A stretch of DNA of 64,000 nt, taken from an uncultured delta proteobacterium. GTDB lineage: Bacteria; Desulfobacterota; Desulfuromonadia; Desulfuromonadales; CAWBQR01. Positions 20,588-31,333 of this stretch are shown here, piece after piece (positions within the stretch are counted from its first letter, which is position 1; each line of letters begins with the position of its first letter). The stretch lies in the NCBI GenBank assembly GCA_963791005.1, contig CAWBQR010000011.1:41182-105181 (forward strand), given 5' to 3'. The notes beneath the pieces were generated by a model. That model saw nothing but the letters and a program-made list of their open reading frames with translations. It was not told where the DNA came from and did no database searches. The position numbers were made by a program, and so were the translations under genes.

Positions 20588-21805
20588 ATGCCCAAATTTT
20601 CATGGGAAGGCAAAACCCGCACCGGAATGGTGCAAAAAGGCGACATGGAGGCGCCGAACGAGGCGGCGGTTACGGCTCAGCTTCGGCGGCAGGGGATAAT
20701 GCCCTCCAAAATCAAGGCGCGGGGCAAGGGCCTGGATGTTGAAATCAAGATCCCCGGCCTGCAACCAAGGGTTACCACCAAGGACCTGGTGGTCTTCACC
20801 CGACAGTTCGCCACCATGATCGACGCCGGTCTTCCCCTGGTGCAATGCCTCGACATCCTGGGGCGCCAGCAGAGCAACAAGACCTTCAAATCGATGTTGA
20901 CCGCCGTCAAGGAAAGCGTCGAGTCGGGGTCGACCTTCGCGGATGCTTTGAAGAAACATCCCAAAGCCTTCGATGAACTTTACGTAAACCTCGTTGCCGC
21001 CGGAGAGGTCGGCGGCATTCTCGACACCATCCTGAACCGTCTTGCGGCCTACATCGAGAAGGCGATGAAACTGAAGAAACAGGTCAAGAGCGCCATGACC
21101 TACCCTGCAACGGTGGTCGGCGTCGCTCTGGTCGTCATTTCGGTTATCCTTATTTTCGTCATCCCGTCATTCGCTAAGATGTTCGCCGATTTCGGCAGCG
21201 CATTGCCTGCTCCTACGCAGATCGTTATCGATATCAGCAACTTTGTCCAAAAATATTTTTTACTGATTCTCGGGTTCCTGGTGTTCCTGGTCATCGCTTT
21301 CAAAAAGATTTATGCGACCAGCAAGGGGCGTGAGAAGATCGATGACTGGGTTTTGAAACTCCCGATTTTTGGGGTTCTCATCCGGAAAGTCGCGGTGGCG
21401 AAATTCACCCGCACCCTTGGGACCATGCTCTCCAGCGGCGTGCCCATCCTCGACGGGCTCAATATCGTGGCCAAGACCGCCGGCAACAAAACGGTTGAAA
21501 AGGCTGTCAACAAGGTCCGGCAAAGTATCAGTGAAGGTAAAACGATTGCAGAACCGCTGGAGAAGTCTGGGGTGTTCCCGCCGATGGTGTGCCAGATGAT
21601 CGCTGTGGGCGAGCAGTCGGGCGCCATCGACACCATGCTCAACAAGATCGCCGATTTTTATGACGATGAAGTAGACGAGGCCGTGGGCAACCTTACCGCC
21701 ATGCTCGAACCGCTGCTCATGCTTTTTCTCGGCACGACGGTCGGGGGCCTGGTCATCGCCATGTACCTGCCCATCTTCAAGATTGCTGGAGTCGCGGCGG
21801 GGTAA
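20588..21805 (+). CDS. pilC: Type IV pilus platform protein PilC
   Basis: 405 aa with two T2SSF repeats (FTRQFATMIDAGLPL; FTRTLGTMLSSGVPIL). Confidence 0.95.
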   Translation: MPKFSWEGKTRTGMVQKGDMEAPNEAAVTAQLRRQGIMPSKIKARGKGLDVEIKIPGLQPRVTTKDLVVFTRQFATMIDAGLPLVQCLDILGRQQSNKTFKSMLTAVKESVESGSTFADALKKHPKAFDELYVNLVAAGEVGGILDTILNRLAAYIEKAMKLKKQVKSAMTYPATVVGVALVVISVILIFVIPSFAKMFADFGSALPAPTQIVIDISNFVQKYFLLILGFLVFLVIAFKKIYATSKGREKIDDWVLKLPIFGVLIRKVAVAKFTRTLGTMLSSGVPILDGLNIVAKTAGNKTVEKAVNKVRQSISEGKTIAEPLEKSGVFPPMVCQMIAVGEQSGAIDTMLNKIADFYDDEVDEAVGNLTAMLEPLLMLFLGTTVGGLVIAMYLPIFKIAGVAAG

Positions 21806-21813
21806 TCCAGACC

Positions 21814-23457
21814 ATGAGAGAGGACCGGAATATTCATCAACCGCCGGGGCCTTCCCGGCGCCAGATGAGCTGGTATCTTTTCCTGCGGGTTCTGGTCATC
21901 ACGCTATTTCTGGGTGGAACCATCGCCTACCAGATCCGCAGTGCCGGCGGACATTTCTCGCTTGCCTACCTCAACCTTCTGATTGTTTTTTCCTACCTTC
22001 AGTCCCTCGCCTCGGCAATTCTGCTCCCCCGCGTCAAGCGGATAACTTTCTTCATACAGTCCCAGGTTGTATGGGATCTCCTTTTTTCGACCGCCCTGGT
22101 TTATTTTACCGGCGGGATCGCCAGCCCTTTTTCCTTTGTCTTTATCCTGGTTGTCATCAGTGCTGGAATTTTCCTTTCCCGGAAAGAGCTGCTTTTTGTC
22201 GCCTCAGCCTCCGCCATTCTATACGGCAGTCTTCTTGATCTGCAGTTCTTCGGATATCTTCCCCTGCTGAAAGGGGTTCCTTTCCCCGGAGAAATCGACG
22301 GTCGGGATGTATTCTATGCGGTATTTCTCAACGTCCTGGCATTTATTTTCACCGCCCTGTTGACTGGAACCCTGGCTGAGAGGTTGCGTAAAAGCGAAGC
22401 CGCCCTGGAAAAGAGGGAAATCGATTACGGGGAACTTGAAGAGCTCAACCGCACGATTCTGGCCAACATCGGCAGCGGGTTGATGATCATCAATTCCAGG
22501 GGCCAGATTCGTTCCTTCAATACCGCGGCTGGAAAAATTACCGGGTACCGGATCGAAGAGGTCTACAACCGGGACGTCAGGGAGATTTTCCCCGGCTTCG
22601 AAGTCCTGGGTGGGGACGATTTCCGGATTGTCCATAGGGGAGAGGCCCCGTTTACCGGCCCTTCCGGAAAGAGGCAGATCCTGGGCTATGCCAGCTCCCT
22701 GGTCAAGGACCCCCAGGAGAAGACTCTGGGCCTGCTCGTCACCTTTCAGGATCTGACCGAACTCAAAGGCCTGGAAAACCAGCTCAAGCGGTCGGACCGC
22801 CTTGCGGCGGTGGGGCAACTGGCCTCGGGCATGGCTCACGAAATCAGAAATCCCCTTGCCTCCATCAGTGGTTCGGTGCAACTGCTGATGGAGGGAGAGC
22901 ATGTATCCCCCGAGGATCGCCGCCTCATGGGCATTGTCGTCAGAGAAGCCGAGCGGCTCGGAGCCCTTCTGACGGACTTTCTCGTCTTTGCCAGACCCGG
23001 CAAGCCTGAACTGGACCAAACCGATATTTCCTCGCTTCTCGACGAAGTGGCCGACATGGTCAGCGCCGACCCACGCTTCTCGGCCACCCGGATAATTCGG
23101 GAATATTTCCCGGGAATTCGGATGCGCGTGGATCGCCGACAGTTTCGCCAAGCCCTGCTGAACCTGGTCATCAACGGCGCCGAGGCCATGGAAGACGGGG
23201 GATTTCTGCGGCTTGGGGTTGACCCCGTAGGCTCAGAAGTCTACGTGGAAGACACCGGTCCCGGAATCTCCGAATCGATCCGAGAGAAGATTTTCGACCC
23301 CTTTTTCACCACCAAGGACCGGGGGACGGGCCTCGGCTTGGCCACTGTTCACGCCATCGTCGAAGCGCATCACGGCATCGTCGAGGTGGGGCCCGGTAGA
23401 AGCGGGGGGACCCGGGTGACCGTGCGTCTGAAACGCCAGGACCTGAGAATGAGATAA
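21814..23457 (+). CDS. pilS: Sensor histidine kinase PilS (multi-TM N-terminus, PAS, HisKA, HATPase_c)
   Basis: 547 aa. H-box [13 protein letters not shown]. Positioned between pilC and pilR. Confidence 0.85.
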   Translation: MREDRNIHQPPGPSRRQMSWYLFLRVLVITLFLGGTIAYQIRSAGGHFSLAYLNLLIVFSYLQSLASAILLPRVKRITFFIQSQVVWDLLFSTALVYFTGGIASPFSFVFILVVISAGIFLSRKELLFVASASAILYGSLLDLQFFGYLPLLKGVPFPGEIDGRDVFYAVFLNVLAFIFTALLTGTLAERLRKSEAALEKREIDYGELEELNRTILANIGSGLMIINSRGQIRSFNTAAGKITGYRIEEVYNRDVREIFPGFEVLGGDDFRIVHRGEAPFTGPSGKRQILGYASSLVKDPQEKTLGLLVTFQDLTELKGLENQLKRSDRLAAVGQLASGMAHEIRNPLASISGSVQLLMEGEHVSPEDRRLMGIVVREAERLGALLTDFLVFARPGKPELDQTDISSLLDEVADMVSADPRFSATRIIREYFPGIRMRVDRRQFRQALLNLVINGAEAMEDGGFLRLGVDPVGSEVYVEDTGPGISESIREKIFDPFFTTKDRGTGLGLATVHAIVEAHHGIVEVGPGRSGGTRVTVRLKRQDLRMR

Positions 23458-23577
23458 GAAAATTTTAAAACTTGTTCACGCCAGGAGAGATGCTCTATAA
23501 TCGCTTGCGGTTTACGCGCCCAGCCTCATATTTTTTTCTAAGAAGAAGAAGCGTCGATCTTCAGCCAATCTTTATTT

Positions 23578-23656
23578 ACAGGGATGCACAGGATGAACAG
23601 GATAAAACATGTCCATTAGTTGATCCATTTATCCTGTCTATCCTGTTTATCACTGT
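23578..23656. repeat. GGATAA-iteron palindromic element E3 (pilS-pilR spacer)
   Basis: ACAGGGATGCACAGGATGAACAGGATAAA ... TTTATCCTGTCTATCCTGTTTATCACTGT. Confidence 0.75.
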
Positions 23657-23813
23657 TAAATTGCCTCTGCCTGGCCTGAGTTCGGGCGGTTCGAGAGACT
23701 TGCTGAGGATAAGCGCTAATCAGCTATTTTTTCGAGCCAGCGCCGGGTGAAAAAAGACTTAAGAAAAGATCTTTTTCCTGGTTACAACTTCATACCCAAC
23801 TGGATCGCTCTGA

Positions 23814-25211
23814 ATGAAAATGGAACCCACAAAATATCGCATCCTTGTAGTCGACGACGAAGAGAGCATGCGGGAATTCCTCACCATCATGCTTCACCGG
23901 GAGGGCTATGAGGTCGACGCCGCCTCCGACGGCACCCAGGCCGTGACCAGCCTCAAGGAGAAAAGTTACGACTTGGTGATCAGCGACATCAAAATGCCCC
24001 GCCTCAATGGTTTTCAGCTCCTGAGTCATATCAAGGAGCGGTTCCCGGAAACGGTCGTCATGATGATCACCGCCTTCTCCTCCACCGAGGAGGCTGTGGA
24101 GGCGATGAAGCAGGGGGCCTACGATTACATCACCAAGCCTTTCAAGAACGAGGAAATCCGTCTCATCGTCAAAAATGCCCTGGAACGCAAGGCCCTGCGT
24201 CAGGAAAATACCGAACTGAAAAAAGAACTGGGCCGCCGCCACTCCTTCTGCAGCATTATCGGCAAAAGCAAGAACATGCAGGGCATCTACGACCTCATCG
24301 AGAAGGTCGCCGACAGTCGAGTCAATGTTCTGATCACGGGAGAGAGCGGAACGGGCAAGGAACTCGTCGCCAGGGCGATTCATTTCAACAGCGACCGCAA
24401 AGAAAAGCCTTTCGTCCCAATCAACTGCGGGGCCATCCCGGAGAATCTCCTCGAAAGCGAACTCTTCGGTCATGAAAAGGGCTCTTTCACCGGGGCGGTG
24501 CACCAGAAGGCCGGGATGTTCGAAGTAGCCGACGGGGGTACGCTTTTTCTCGACGAGATCGGCGAGCTCCCCCCCATGATGCAGGTCAAGCTTCTGCGCG
24601 TTCTCCAGGAACGCGAGTTCCGCAGGGTAGGGGGGACGAAGAACATCCAGGTCGACGTGCGCCTCATTGCCGCCACCAACAAGCACCTGGAGGATGAGGT
24701 CGGACGGGGAATCTTCCGGGAAGATCTCTTCTATCGCCTCAACGTCATCCACATTCCCCTTCCTTCCCTGCGGGAGCGGCGGGAGGACATCCCTTTGCTG
24801 GTGGAACACTTTTTCCGGAAACTGACCGGAAAAGGGGAAGTCAAGGTGTCCGAAGGGGCCATGCGGCGGCTCCTCGATTACCACTGGCCCGGAAACATCC
24901 GAGAGCTTGAGAATGCCCTGGAGCGTTGCGTGGTGCTGGGGCATTCGGAGGAGATTGCCGAGGATTGCCTGCCGTCACAGTTGCAGGGACCGGCGGCCGC
25001 CGGTCCTGGAGGCCTGGATGAGCTACCCGAGACGGGTATGGACCTCGATGCCTACCTGGGAGGGATAGAGAGGGACATCCTCCTCAAGGCCCTGGATAGA
25101 TGCGGGGGGGTAAGAAAGAAGGCGGCGGAATTTTTGGGGATTTCCTTTCGGTCGATCCGGTATCGCCTGGCCAAGTTCGACATCGAGCCCGGGTTCGACG
25201 AGGATGAGTGA
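23814..25211 (+). CDS. pilR: Sigma54-dependent response regulator PilR
   Basis: 465 aa. REC (DIKMPRLNG), AAA+ ([14 protein letters not shown]) and a C-terminal [19 protein letters not shown]. Confidence 0.9.
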   Translation: MKMEPTKYRILVVDDEESMREFLTIMLHREGYEVDAASDGTQAVTSLKEKSYDLVISDIKMPRLNGFQLLSHIKERFPETVVMMITAFSSTEEAVEAMKQGAYDYITKPFKNEEIRLIVKNALERKALRQENTELKKELGRRHSFCSIIGKSKNMQGIYDLIEKVADSRVNVLITGESGTGKELVARAIHFNSDRKEKPFVPINCGAIPENLLESELFGHEKGSFTGAVHQKAGMFEVADGGTLFLDEIGELPPMMQVKLLRVLQEREFRRVGGTKNIQVDVRLIAATNKHLEDEVGRGIFREDLFYRLNVIHIPLPSLRERREDIPLLVEHFFRKLTGKGEVKVSEGAMRRLLDYHWPGNIRELENALERCVVLGHSEEIAEDCLPSQLQGPAAAGPGGLDELPETGMDLDAYLGGIERDILLKALDRCGGVRKKAAEFLGISFRSIRYRLAKFDIEPGFDEDE

Positions 25212-25218
25212 CCATTTT

Positions 25219-25235
25219 TGTCAGAGAGGGTGACA
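25219..25235. promoter_or_regulatory. Candidate enhancer (UAS) inverted repeat TGTCA-N7-TGACA upstream of pilA
   Basis: tgtcagagagggtgaca lies about 100 bp upstream of the -24/-12 element. A further TGTC is present near 25313. Confidence 0.4.
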
Positions 25236-25336
25236 TTAAGCGTTTTGACGCCATCCCGCTTTCCTGTTAGGGGATGGTGTTGTTTATATCTTGCCGAAAT
25301 TTAAAGTAAATTTTGTCTTTTCCTGAGCCGTAAAGC

Positions 25337-25352
25337 TGGCACGCGCCTTGCT
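25337..25352 (+). promoter_or_regulatory. Sigma54 (-24/-12) promoter of pilA
   Basis: TGGCACGCGCCTTGCT matches TGGCAC-N5-TTGCW exactly. It lies about 120 bp upstream of the pilA ATG. Confidence 0.8.
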
Positions 25353-25470
25353 AAATATCCCCGGTAAGTGAAGGATAACGGATTTCCCCTCGTCGTTTTG
25401 CGGGGGGAAATTGTGCGTCAGCTGTGCCGGTTCGCCGGTCTTACCTACCATTCCGAAAGGAGAACACAAG

Positions 25471-25704
25471 ATGCTGAAAAAGTTAAAAAGGTCTCAAAAG
25501 GGTTTCACCCTGATCGAGCTGCTGATCGTCGTGGCGATCATCGGTATCCTCGCCGCCATCGCCATTCCCCAGTTTGCCTCCTACCGGCAGAAGGCCTATA
25601 ATAGTGCGGCCCTTTCCGACGCCCGTAATGCCAAAACTGGAATGGAAGCCTATGCGGCTACCGACCCCCACCAGGAATACCCGGGAACCATCAACATCAA
25701 CTAA
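25471..25704 (+). CDS. pilA: Truncated Geobacter-type type IVa pilin (PilA-N-like; 77-aa prepilin, 66-aa mature)
   Basis: [47 protein letters not shown]... There is no globular C-terminal domain. RBS AAAGGAG lies upstream. Confidence 0.9.
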   Translation: MLKKLKRSQKGFTLIELLIVVAIIGILAAIAIPQFASYRQKAYNSAALSDARNAKTGMEAYAATDPHQEYPGTININ

Positions 25705-25734
25705 CCCCAAGTTATCGTTAAAAGGAGGATAAAG

Positions 25735-26110
25735 ATGAAAAAAGCGATTGCTCTGACTGCTCTACTCCTCTTCGCGGCCGTCCCTGCCTTTGCCGCGCCC
25801 CTGCGTCTTCCGGTTCTGCTGGGCTGTCCATAAAGCTGGTAATGGCGATGTTATCGCCAAACTTTCCTCGAATGTTCGTGCGGTGGTCTATTATGGCACC
25901 ACCTCGTATGCTCTTGCTACCAAATCGGACAAGGGCAGCAAGCTCTATGGTACTGCGGCCGATGACACTGGCATCTATTCTAAGGATGGGGACGCCAATA
26001 GTCCGCTCATCGACTCCAATGATGAACTTAACAGCAAGTCCGACTCTACTGCATTCGGTAGCGGCTCCGGATGGTCGCGAAATGTAAGAGACTTTTTTTC
26101 TGAAGTCTGA
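25735..26110 (+). CDS. PilA-C-like secreted protein encoded just downstream of the short pilin (one frameshift near 25800-25830)
   Basis: Signal peptide MKKAIALTALLLFAAVPAFA. The body (...YALATKSDKGSKLYGTAADDTGIY...) is in the frame of ORF 25790-26110. Confidence 0.6.
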
Positions 26111-26114
26111 ACAC

Positions 26115-26150
26115 GAACGGGATGCGCCGCAGCGCATCCCGTTCCTTTTC
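26115..26150 (+). terminator. Rho-independent terminator after the pilA/pilA-C unit
   Basis: Stem GAACGGGATGCGC / GCGCATCCCGTTC followed by CTTTTC. Confidence 0.75.
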
Positions 26151-26166
26151 GCTGGCATAAAAATAG

Positions 26167-26965
26167 ATGTTTAAGACACATATTCTCATCACCCTCGCGC
26201 TGGGCGCTTCGCGACCGGCTCCTCCATGCGGTCCTCAGGGTCGCGCTGCTTCTGCTGCTGGCGGTTCCGCCTTCAGTCTCTTCTCCATGCGCCAGGTCCA
26301 GGAACTGGCCGCCACCCTTTGTCTTTCTTTGTTGGCCCTGGTTCTGCTCGTGCTGGTCCTGCTGCTCGGCAGCTTTTCCCTCTGGCGGGAGGTCGACCGG
26401 CGCTACACCGCCTCCGTTCTGACCCTTCCCCTTTCCCGGGGAAATTTCGTTCTGGGGCGGTTTGTCGGCATCGTACTGTTTCTCGCCGGTGCCACCGTTC
26501 TGATAAGCAGCGTCTCTGCCGTGGCGATTTACTTATGCCCGCACCTTATATCCCTCCGATATCCCGCCCCATTGGGGAACATTGGCCCTGGCCGCGGTGG
26601 GACTTTGGGGAAAGTTCGTCCTCCTGGCCGCGGTGGCGGTCCTTTTCTCCAGCGTCAGCACCTCCTTCTTCCTTCCCTTTTTCGGCACCCTCGCGGCCTA
26701 TCTGGCCGGAAGCGCCTCCCAACAGGTTTACGATTACGTTACCAGTTCTTACGGTAAGCTCATTGCCCCTTCCCTTGTGGCCCTCATCAAGGGGCTCTAT
26801 TACCTGCTGCCGAATTTTTCCGCCTTCGATTTCAAGACCCAGGCGATTTACGGGCTGCCTGTCGATTTCGTCCAGGCCGGGGTGGCAGGGCTCTACTTGG
26901 TGGTTTACGTCGGGCTGTGCCTGTGGGTCGCTGTCTGGGTCTTTTCGCGGAGACAGTTCCCGTGA
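26167..26965 (+). CDS. ABC-2-type transporter permease (at least 2 frameshifts)
   Basis: Hydrophobic segments continue across ORFs 26167-26757 and 26582-26965. Followed by an ABC ATPase two genes downstream. Confidence 0.55.
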
Positions 26966-27822
26966 AACGGTGGGTCTTGCTGGCTGCCCTTCTGGTCTGC
27001 TACCTCCTGGTTCTCGGACCCTTCGCCGAGGGGATGCAGCGGCGCCCTACAGTCATCCGGCTCGGCTATATGCCCGATGCAGAAATTCTCAAGGCGGTCA
27101 GCGCCGATTTCCGCCCCCTTCTCGCTCAGATGGCGGTTTCGAAGGTTCTTTTCTATTACGGATCGTTGGTCGACGAGAACTTCAACCGTCGTCGGGACCG
27201 TCCCGAATATTACCTGATGTTCAAAACCCTCGAGAAAGCCGTCAAGCTTGACCCTTACAACTCGGATGCCTACTATTTCCTCCAGGCAGAGTTTACCTGG
27301 GGGCTCAACCGGGCGCGGGACGTCAACAAGATCCTCGCCTACGGCATGAAATACCGCACCTGGGACTACTGGCTCCCTTTCTACGCGGGTTTCAATGCGG
27401 CCTACTTTCTCAAGGACTACAAAGCCGCGGCCGCCTACATGGAGCGGGCGGCGGAGATCTCGGGCAGTTCGTTTTACACGAACCTGGCATCCCGGTACTT
27501 TCACCAGGCCGGGCGCAGCGATTTGGCCGTCGTTTTCCTCAAGGAGATGGTGAAGAAGGCGCGGACCGATACCCTTCGCCGGACCTACGCAAAACGTCTG
27601 GCCGCTCTCGAGGCCGTTCGCGCCATCGAGGATGCCCGCGACAGGTTTCAACGGAAAAAGGGACATCTCCCCACCTCGGTGGAACAGTTGCTGCATACCG
27701 GATTCCTGCAGAGTCTCCCCTCCGACCCCTACGGAGGGCGGTTTTACCTGGGGCCTGGAGGCGAGGTGAAAAGCACGAGCAACTTTGCGGAAACCCCAGG
27801 CAAAATGAAAAAAGGAAGATGA
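26962..27822 (+). CDS. Membrane-anchored TPR-like protein of unknown function
   Basis: GTG start overlaps the upstream stop (GTGA). N-terminal TM WVLLAALLVCYLLVL, helical-repeat body, and C-terminal LPSDPYGGRFYL. Confidence 0.55.
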   Translation: MKRWVLLAALLVCYLLVLGPFAEGMQRRPTVIRLGYMPDAEILKAVSADFRPLLAQMAVSKVLFYYGSLVDENFNRRRDRPEYYLMFKTLEKAVKLDPYNSDAYYFLQAEFTWGLNRARDVNKILAYGMKYRTWDYWLPFYAGFNAAYFLKDYKAAAAYMERAAEISGSSFYTNLASRYFHQAGRSDLAVVFLKEMVKKARTDTLRRTYAKRLAALEAVRAIEDARDRFQRKKGHLPTSVEQLLHTGFLQSLPSDPYGGRFYLGPGGEVKSTSNFAETPGKMKKGR

Positions 27823-28730
27823 ACATGTCCCTTGCGATTGAAACCTCCGGCCTCACCAAAATATACCGCGGAAAGGGCTGGCGCCGGGTCGAGGCCCTGG
27901 TCGGGCTCGATCTGGAGGTGAAGCGGGGGGAGGTCTTCGGTTTTCTCGGTCCCAACGGCGCCGGCAAGAGTACGACCATCAAGACCCTCCTCGGACTGCT
28001 TCGGCCTTCCTCCGGGACGGCCCTGCTCGACGGGGTGACCGCCGGCTCCTCTCAGTCAAGGAAGTCTGTCGGCTTTCTTCCCGAAAATCCCACCTTCTAC
28101 GATTTTCTCTCCGGAAAGGAATACCTTGCCTTCGTCGGTCGGGCCTTCGGCCTGGATGGGAAGACCATCGGTCGGCGCGCGGGCGAGGTCCTGGAGCGGC
28201 TGGAGTTGACCGCGGCTGCAAAACGTCCCATTCGCAGCTACAGCAAGGGAATGGTTCAGCGCCTCGGGTTGGCCCAGACACTGCTCCATGACCCCGATAT
28301 CTACATTCTTGACGAGCCGATGAGCGGGCTCGACCCCCTCGGCAGGGCCTTGGTTAAAAACCTCATCACCGAGTTGCGCGCTGATGGGAAGACGGTTTTT
28401 TTCAGCACCCACATCACTGCGGACGTGGAGCTTGTCTGTGACCGGGTGGGTGTGCTGGTCGGAGGCCGCCTGCAGGCTCTCAAGCCTGTCCAGGAGATTC
28501 TAGCCGAAGGGGTTGTCGGCTATCAGCTCAAGGTTCGGGGAGCTTCCTCGGCCTTTGTGGAAAGGTACGGCGCCGGGGGAGAGGGGAATGAATTTTTTAT
28601 CCCTAAAGAGGAATTCGCAGGGGTCGTCAGTGAATTGAACTCGGTAGGCGCAGTGATTGAACTTGTCGAGCCCCGGCGCAAGGACCTGGAAGCCTTCTTC
28701 CTGGACATCGTCGCCCGGAGCGCCAAATGA
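27819..28730 (+). CDS. ABC transporter ATP-binding protein
   Basis: Walker A GPNGAGKST, signature YSKGMVQRL, Walker B IYILDEP. Confidence 0.9.
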   Translation: MNMSLAIETSGLTKIYRGKGWRRVEALVGLDLEVKRGEVFGFLGPNGAGKSTTIKTLLGLLRPSSGTALLDGVTAGSSQSRKSVGFLPENPTFYDFLSGKEYLAFVGRAFGLDGKTIGRRAGEVLERLELTAAAKRPIRSYSKGMVQRLGLAQTLLHDPDIYILDEPMSGLDPLGRALVKNLITELRADGKTVFFSTHITADVELVCDRVGVLVGGRLQALKPVQEILAEGVVGYQLKVRGASSAFVERYGAGGEGNEFFIPKEEFAGVVSELNSVGAVIELVEPRRKDLEAFFLDIVARSAK

Positions 28731-30474
28731 CGTTAAAGCCCAGGTATCAGCTGCTGTTGCTCGCTTTTGTCGTTCTCGGTCTCTATTATTCGAACCTCTT
28801 CGGGACGATTAATACCGTAGATGACCAGAAGATGCTTCATTTTCTTCTGAACTCGCCGGACGTGAAATGGACCAGTCTGTTCTTCCACGGAAGCAGCAAC
28901 AACTATTACCGTCCCCTCCTGATGGCGACGTTCTTTGCGGACCTCCATTTGTGGCTTCTGGACACCTCCTTCATGCATCTGGAGAATGTCCTTCTGCACC
29001 TGGCCAACAGCCTCTTCGTCTTCTTCCTCGCCCGGGAGGCCATGCGGATCCTTGACCCGAAAAAGGCTGCGGGCTGGCTCCCATTCTGCGCTTCGCTGAT
29101 CTTTGCCATCCACCCCATCAATACCGAAGCCGTCGACTGGATCTCGGGACGCACCGACGTTCTGGCGGGGACATTTCTTCTGCCCGCGGCCTGGCTTCTT
29201 CTTCGAGGTCTGAGGACCGACCGTCCGGGCTGGTCCTGGCTGGGAGGGGTCTTTTTCCTGCTCGGCTGCCTGTCCAAAGAGACGGCCGTCTTCTTTTTTC
29301 CTGCCGGCATTCTGTGGTGCCTGGCGGTTTCGAGGGAGAAGGGGAGAGGGGTCCCTTAAATCTTCCTTCCGGAACCTGATGCAGCATTACTCCGGTTGGG
29401 TCTTGTCCCTTGGCGTCTATTTCTGGTTGAGGTACGCCGGGAAACCCTTCGACAAGGGGATCCATAAGGTCGCCGAGGCTGCCGGCGGACATTCCTACGA
29501 TTTGGTGGACACCCTTCGGATTTTTTTCAAGGCGACAGGATTTTACGCCAAGAAATTATTTGTCCCCTGGCCCCTCAACTTTGCTATTATCGGCGCTTCC
29601 AACCTTTATGTCGTGCCTGGTGTGCTCGTTTTTCTCCTCTGCCTCTGGTGGCTGACGCGCAGAAGTCTTGTCCCGGCGTTGTTCCTGGCCTCCGCAGGGC
29701 TCGCTTCTTCGGCGGTCCTGGTTGCCTTGTTTCAGATGACCTGGACCCCCCTGGCCGAACGCTACATGTATCTGCCGGCCGCCTTTTTCGTCATCCCTTT
29801 TCTCTGGGTTGCCTGGTCGTACTATTGAAAGGCTCGGAAAAGAGCGTGTAGCGCTTCTTGCACTGGCTCCAGTACTTTTTTCCTTCTCGATCACAACAGC
29901 TCAGCGGAACATCATCTGGCAGGACAATCTGACCCTTTTTCAGGATACCGATGCCAAGACACCGAACTTTCCTCCGGTCCGTAATGAGCTGGCCCTGGCC
30001 CTGATTGCCCATGGACGCACCAAGGAGGGCGAGGAGATTTTCAAGAGCAATCGGATCGTCCGGAACGGGAGTGAAACCGGTTACGCCAAGGACAACAAAG
30101 CCTTTGTTCTCTGGAATGAGGGACGCAGGGATGAAGCCGAGACGTTGTTTCGGGAGGCGGCAAGGGAAAATTCCCACTCTGCGGCTGCTATTTTGAAAAA
30201 CTTTGTCAAACTTTTGGACCGACGTCTCGGCGATGTTTCCGACCCGCAGGAACAATCTGAACTGAGGCAATAAAATTATCGGTCTGCAAAAAGATCTCTA
30301 CCAAAGAACGAAAAATCCTTTCTGGCTCTATCGGCAGGGGAAGATGCTGTTGGCCGAGGGGAAAAAGGCAGAGGCGCTTCGGTGCCTTGCCGAGGCCCAT
30401 GATAAGGCCCCGAACCACGCCTTTTACAAGAAACCCGCAGCCATGATTCTCGCCAGACTGGGAGGAACGCCGTG
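28727..30474 (+). CDS. TMTC/PMT_2-like GT-C membrane glycosyltransferase with C-terminal TPR repeats (about 3 frameshifts)
   Basis: Pieces are 28727-29359, 29379-29828, 29809-30273 and 30276-30474. Motifs include YYRPLLMATFFADLHLW and AIHPINTEAVDWISGRTDVLAG. TPR-like tail is ...AEGKKAEALRCLAEAHDKAP. Confidence 0.6.
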
Positions 30475-31317
30475 AGGGGCTATGTGAGACTGCTCAGGCC
30501 CCGCCAGTGGCTGAAAAATCTCATGCTGCTCTTCCCGCCCTTTCTGGGAGGAATCCTGGTGCGGCCGGGGTTATCCTCTGAAGCGGTGGTGCCGCTGGCC
30601 GCCTTTTGCCTGGCCTCCAGCAGTACCTACGTTATAAACGACATCTTCGATCGCCGCTCGGACCTCAACCATCCCCGCAAGAAGTTTCGTCCCCTACCGG
30701 CGGGACAGGTGTCGGTGTCGGGGGCGGCGGTGCTGGCTCTGGTGCTGCTTGCCGGGGCGATTGTCCTGGGACAGCGGATGGGGAAGGAATTTTTCCTGAT
30801 CCTGAGCGCCTATCTGCTGGTGACTCTCGTCTATTCGCTTGGCTTGAAGCATGTTGCCGTGGTCGAGCTCTTCTGCATCCCGGCAGGTTTTCTGCTTCGT
30901 CTCAAGGCCGGAGGTTCGGCTTTTGGGGTGCACGTTTCAGCGTGGTTGTTTCTGACGGTTTTTCTCCTGGCTCTCTTTCTGGCGACCGGCAAACGCCTGG
31001 GGGAAAAGTCCGCTCTCGGTGAGGCCGCAGCGGAACATCGACCTTCCCTCTCCGGGTACCCTGCAGGATATCTGGACGGCACCATGTTTATGACGGGTGG
31101 CGCCGTTATGGTTACATACACTCTTTATATTCTCTCGAAACACTTTCTGGTCTATACTGTCCCTCTTTGTGCCTTTGGGCTGTTGCGCTATATTCTGCTG
31201 GTCAAGGAAGGGCAGCAGGGCGACCCGACCGATGCGCTGGTCAAGGACCCTTTTCTTTTTGTTGTTGGGGTGGTTTGGGTGGGGATGGTTTGGTGGGGGA
31301 TTTACGGGGGAGGTTGA
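30472..31317 (+). CDS. UbiA-family prenyltransferase (decaprenyl-phosphate phosphoribosyltransferase-like)
   Basis: Contains RPRQWLKNLMLLFPPF and YVINDIFDRRSDLNHPRKKFRPLPAG. Polytopic membrane protein. Confidence 0.8.
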   Translation: MRGYVRLLRPRQWLKNLMLLFPPFLGGILVRPGLSSEAVVPLAAFCLASSSTYVINDIFDRRSDLNHPRKKFRPLPAGQVSVSGAAVLALVLLAGAIVLGQRMGKEFFLILSAYLLVTLVYSLGLKHVAVVELFCIPAGFLLRLKAGGSAFGVHVSAWLFLTVFLLALFLATGKRLGEKSALGEAAAEHRPSLSGYPAGYLDGTMFMTGGAVMVTYTLYILSKHFLVYTVPLCAFGLLRYILLVKEGQQGDPTDALVKDPFLFVVGVVWVGMVWWGIYGGG

Positions 31318-31321
31318 ATCG
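31244..31321 (+). repeat. Direct repeat, left copy (functional 3' end of the UbiA-family gene)
   Basis: Roughly 85% identical by eye to 32123-32200. Confidence 0.85.
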
Positions 31322-31333
31322 ACAGGAAAGCTT

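Noticed and set aside
23472-23750. 92-aa ORF in the pilS-pilR spacer, preceded by a -35/-10-like TTGTTC-18-TATAAT at 23472-23501.
   Set aside because: The ORF runs through the E3 palindrome, has no family resemblance and is AT-rich low complexity. The promoter-like hexamers may be real, but the coding call is not supported.
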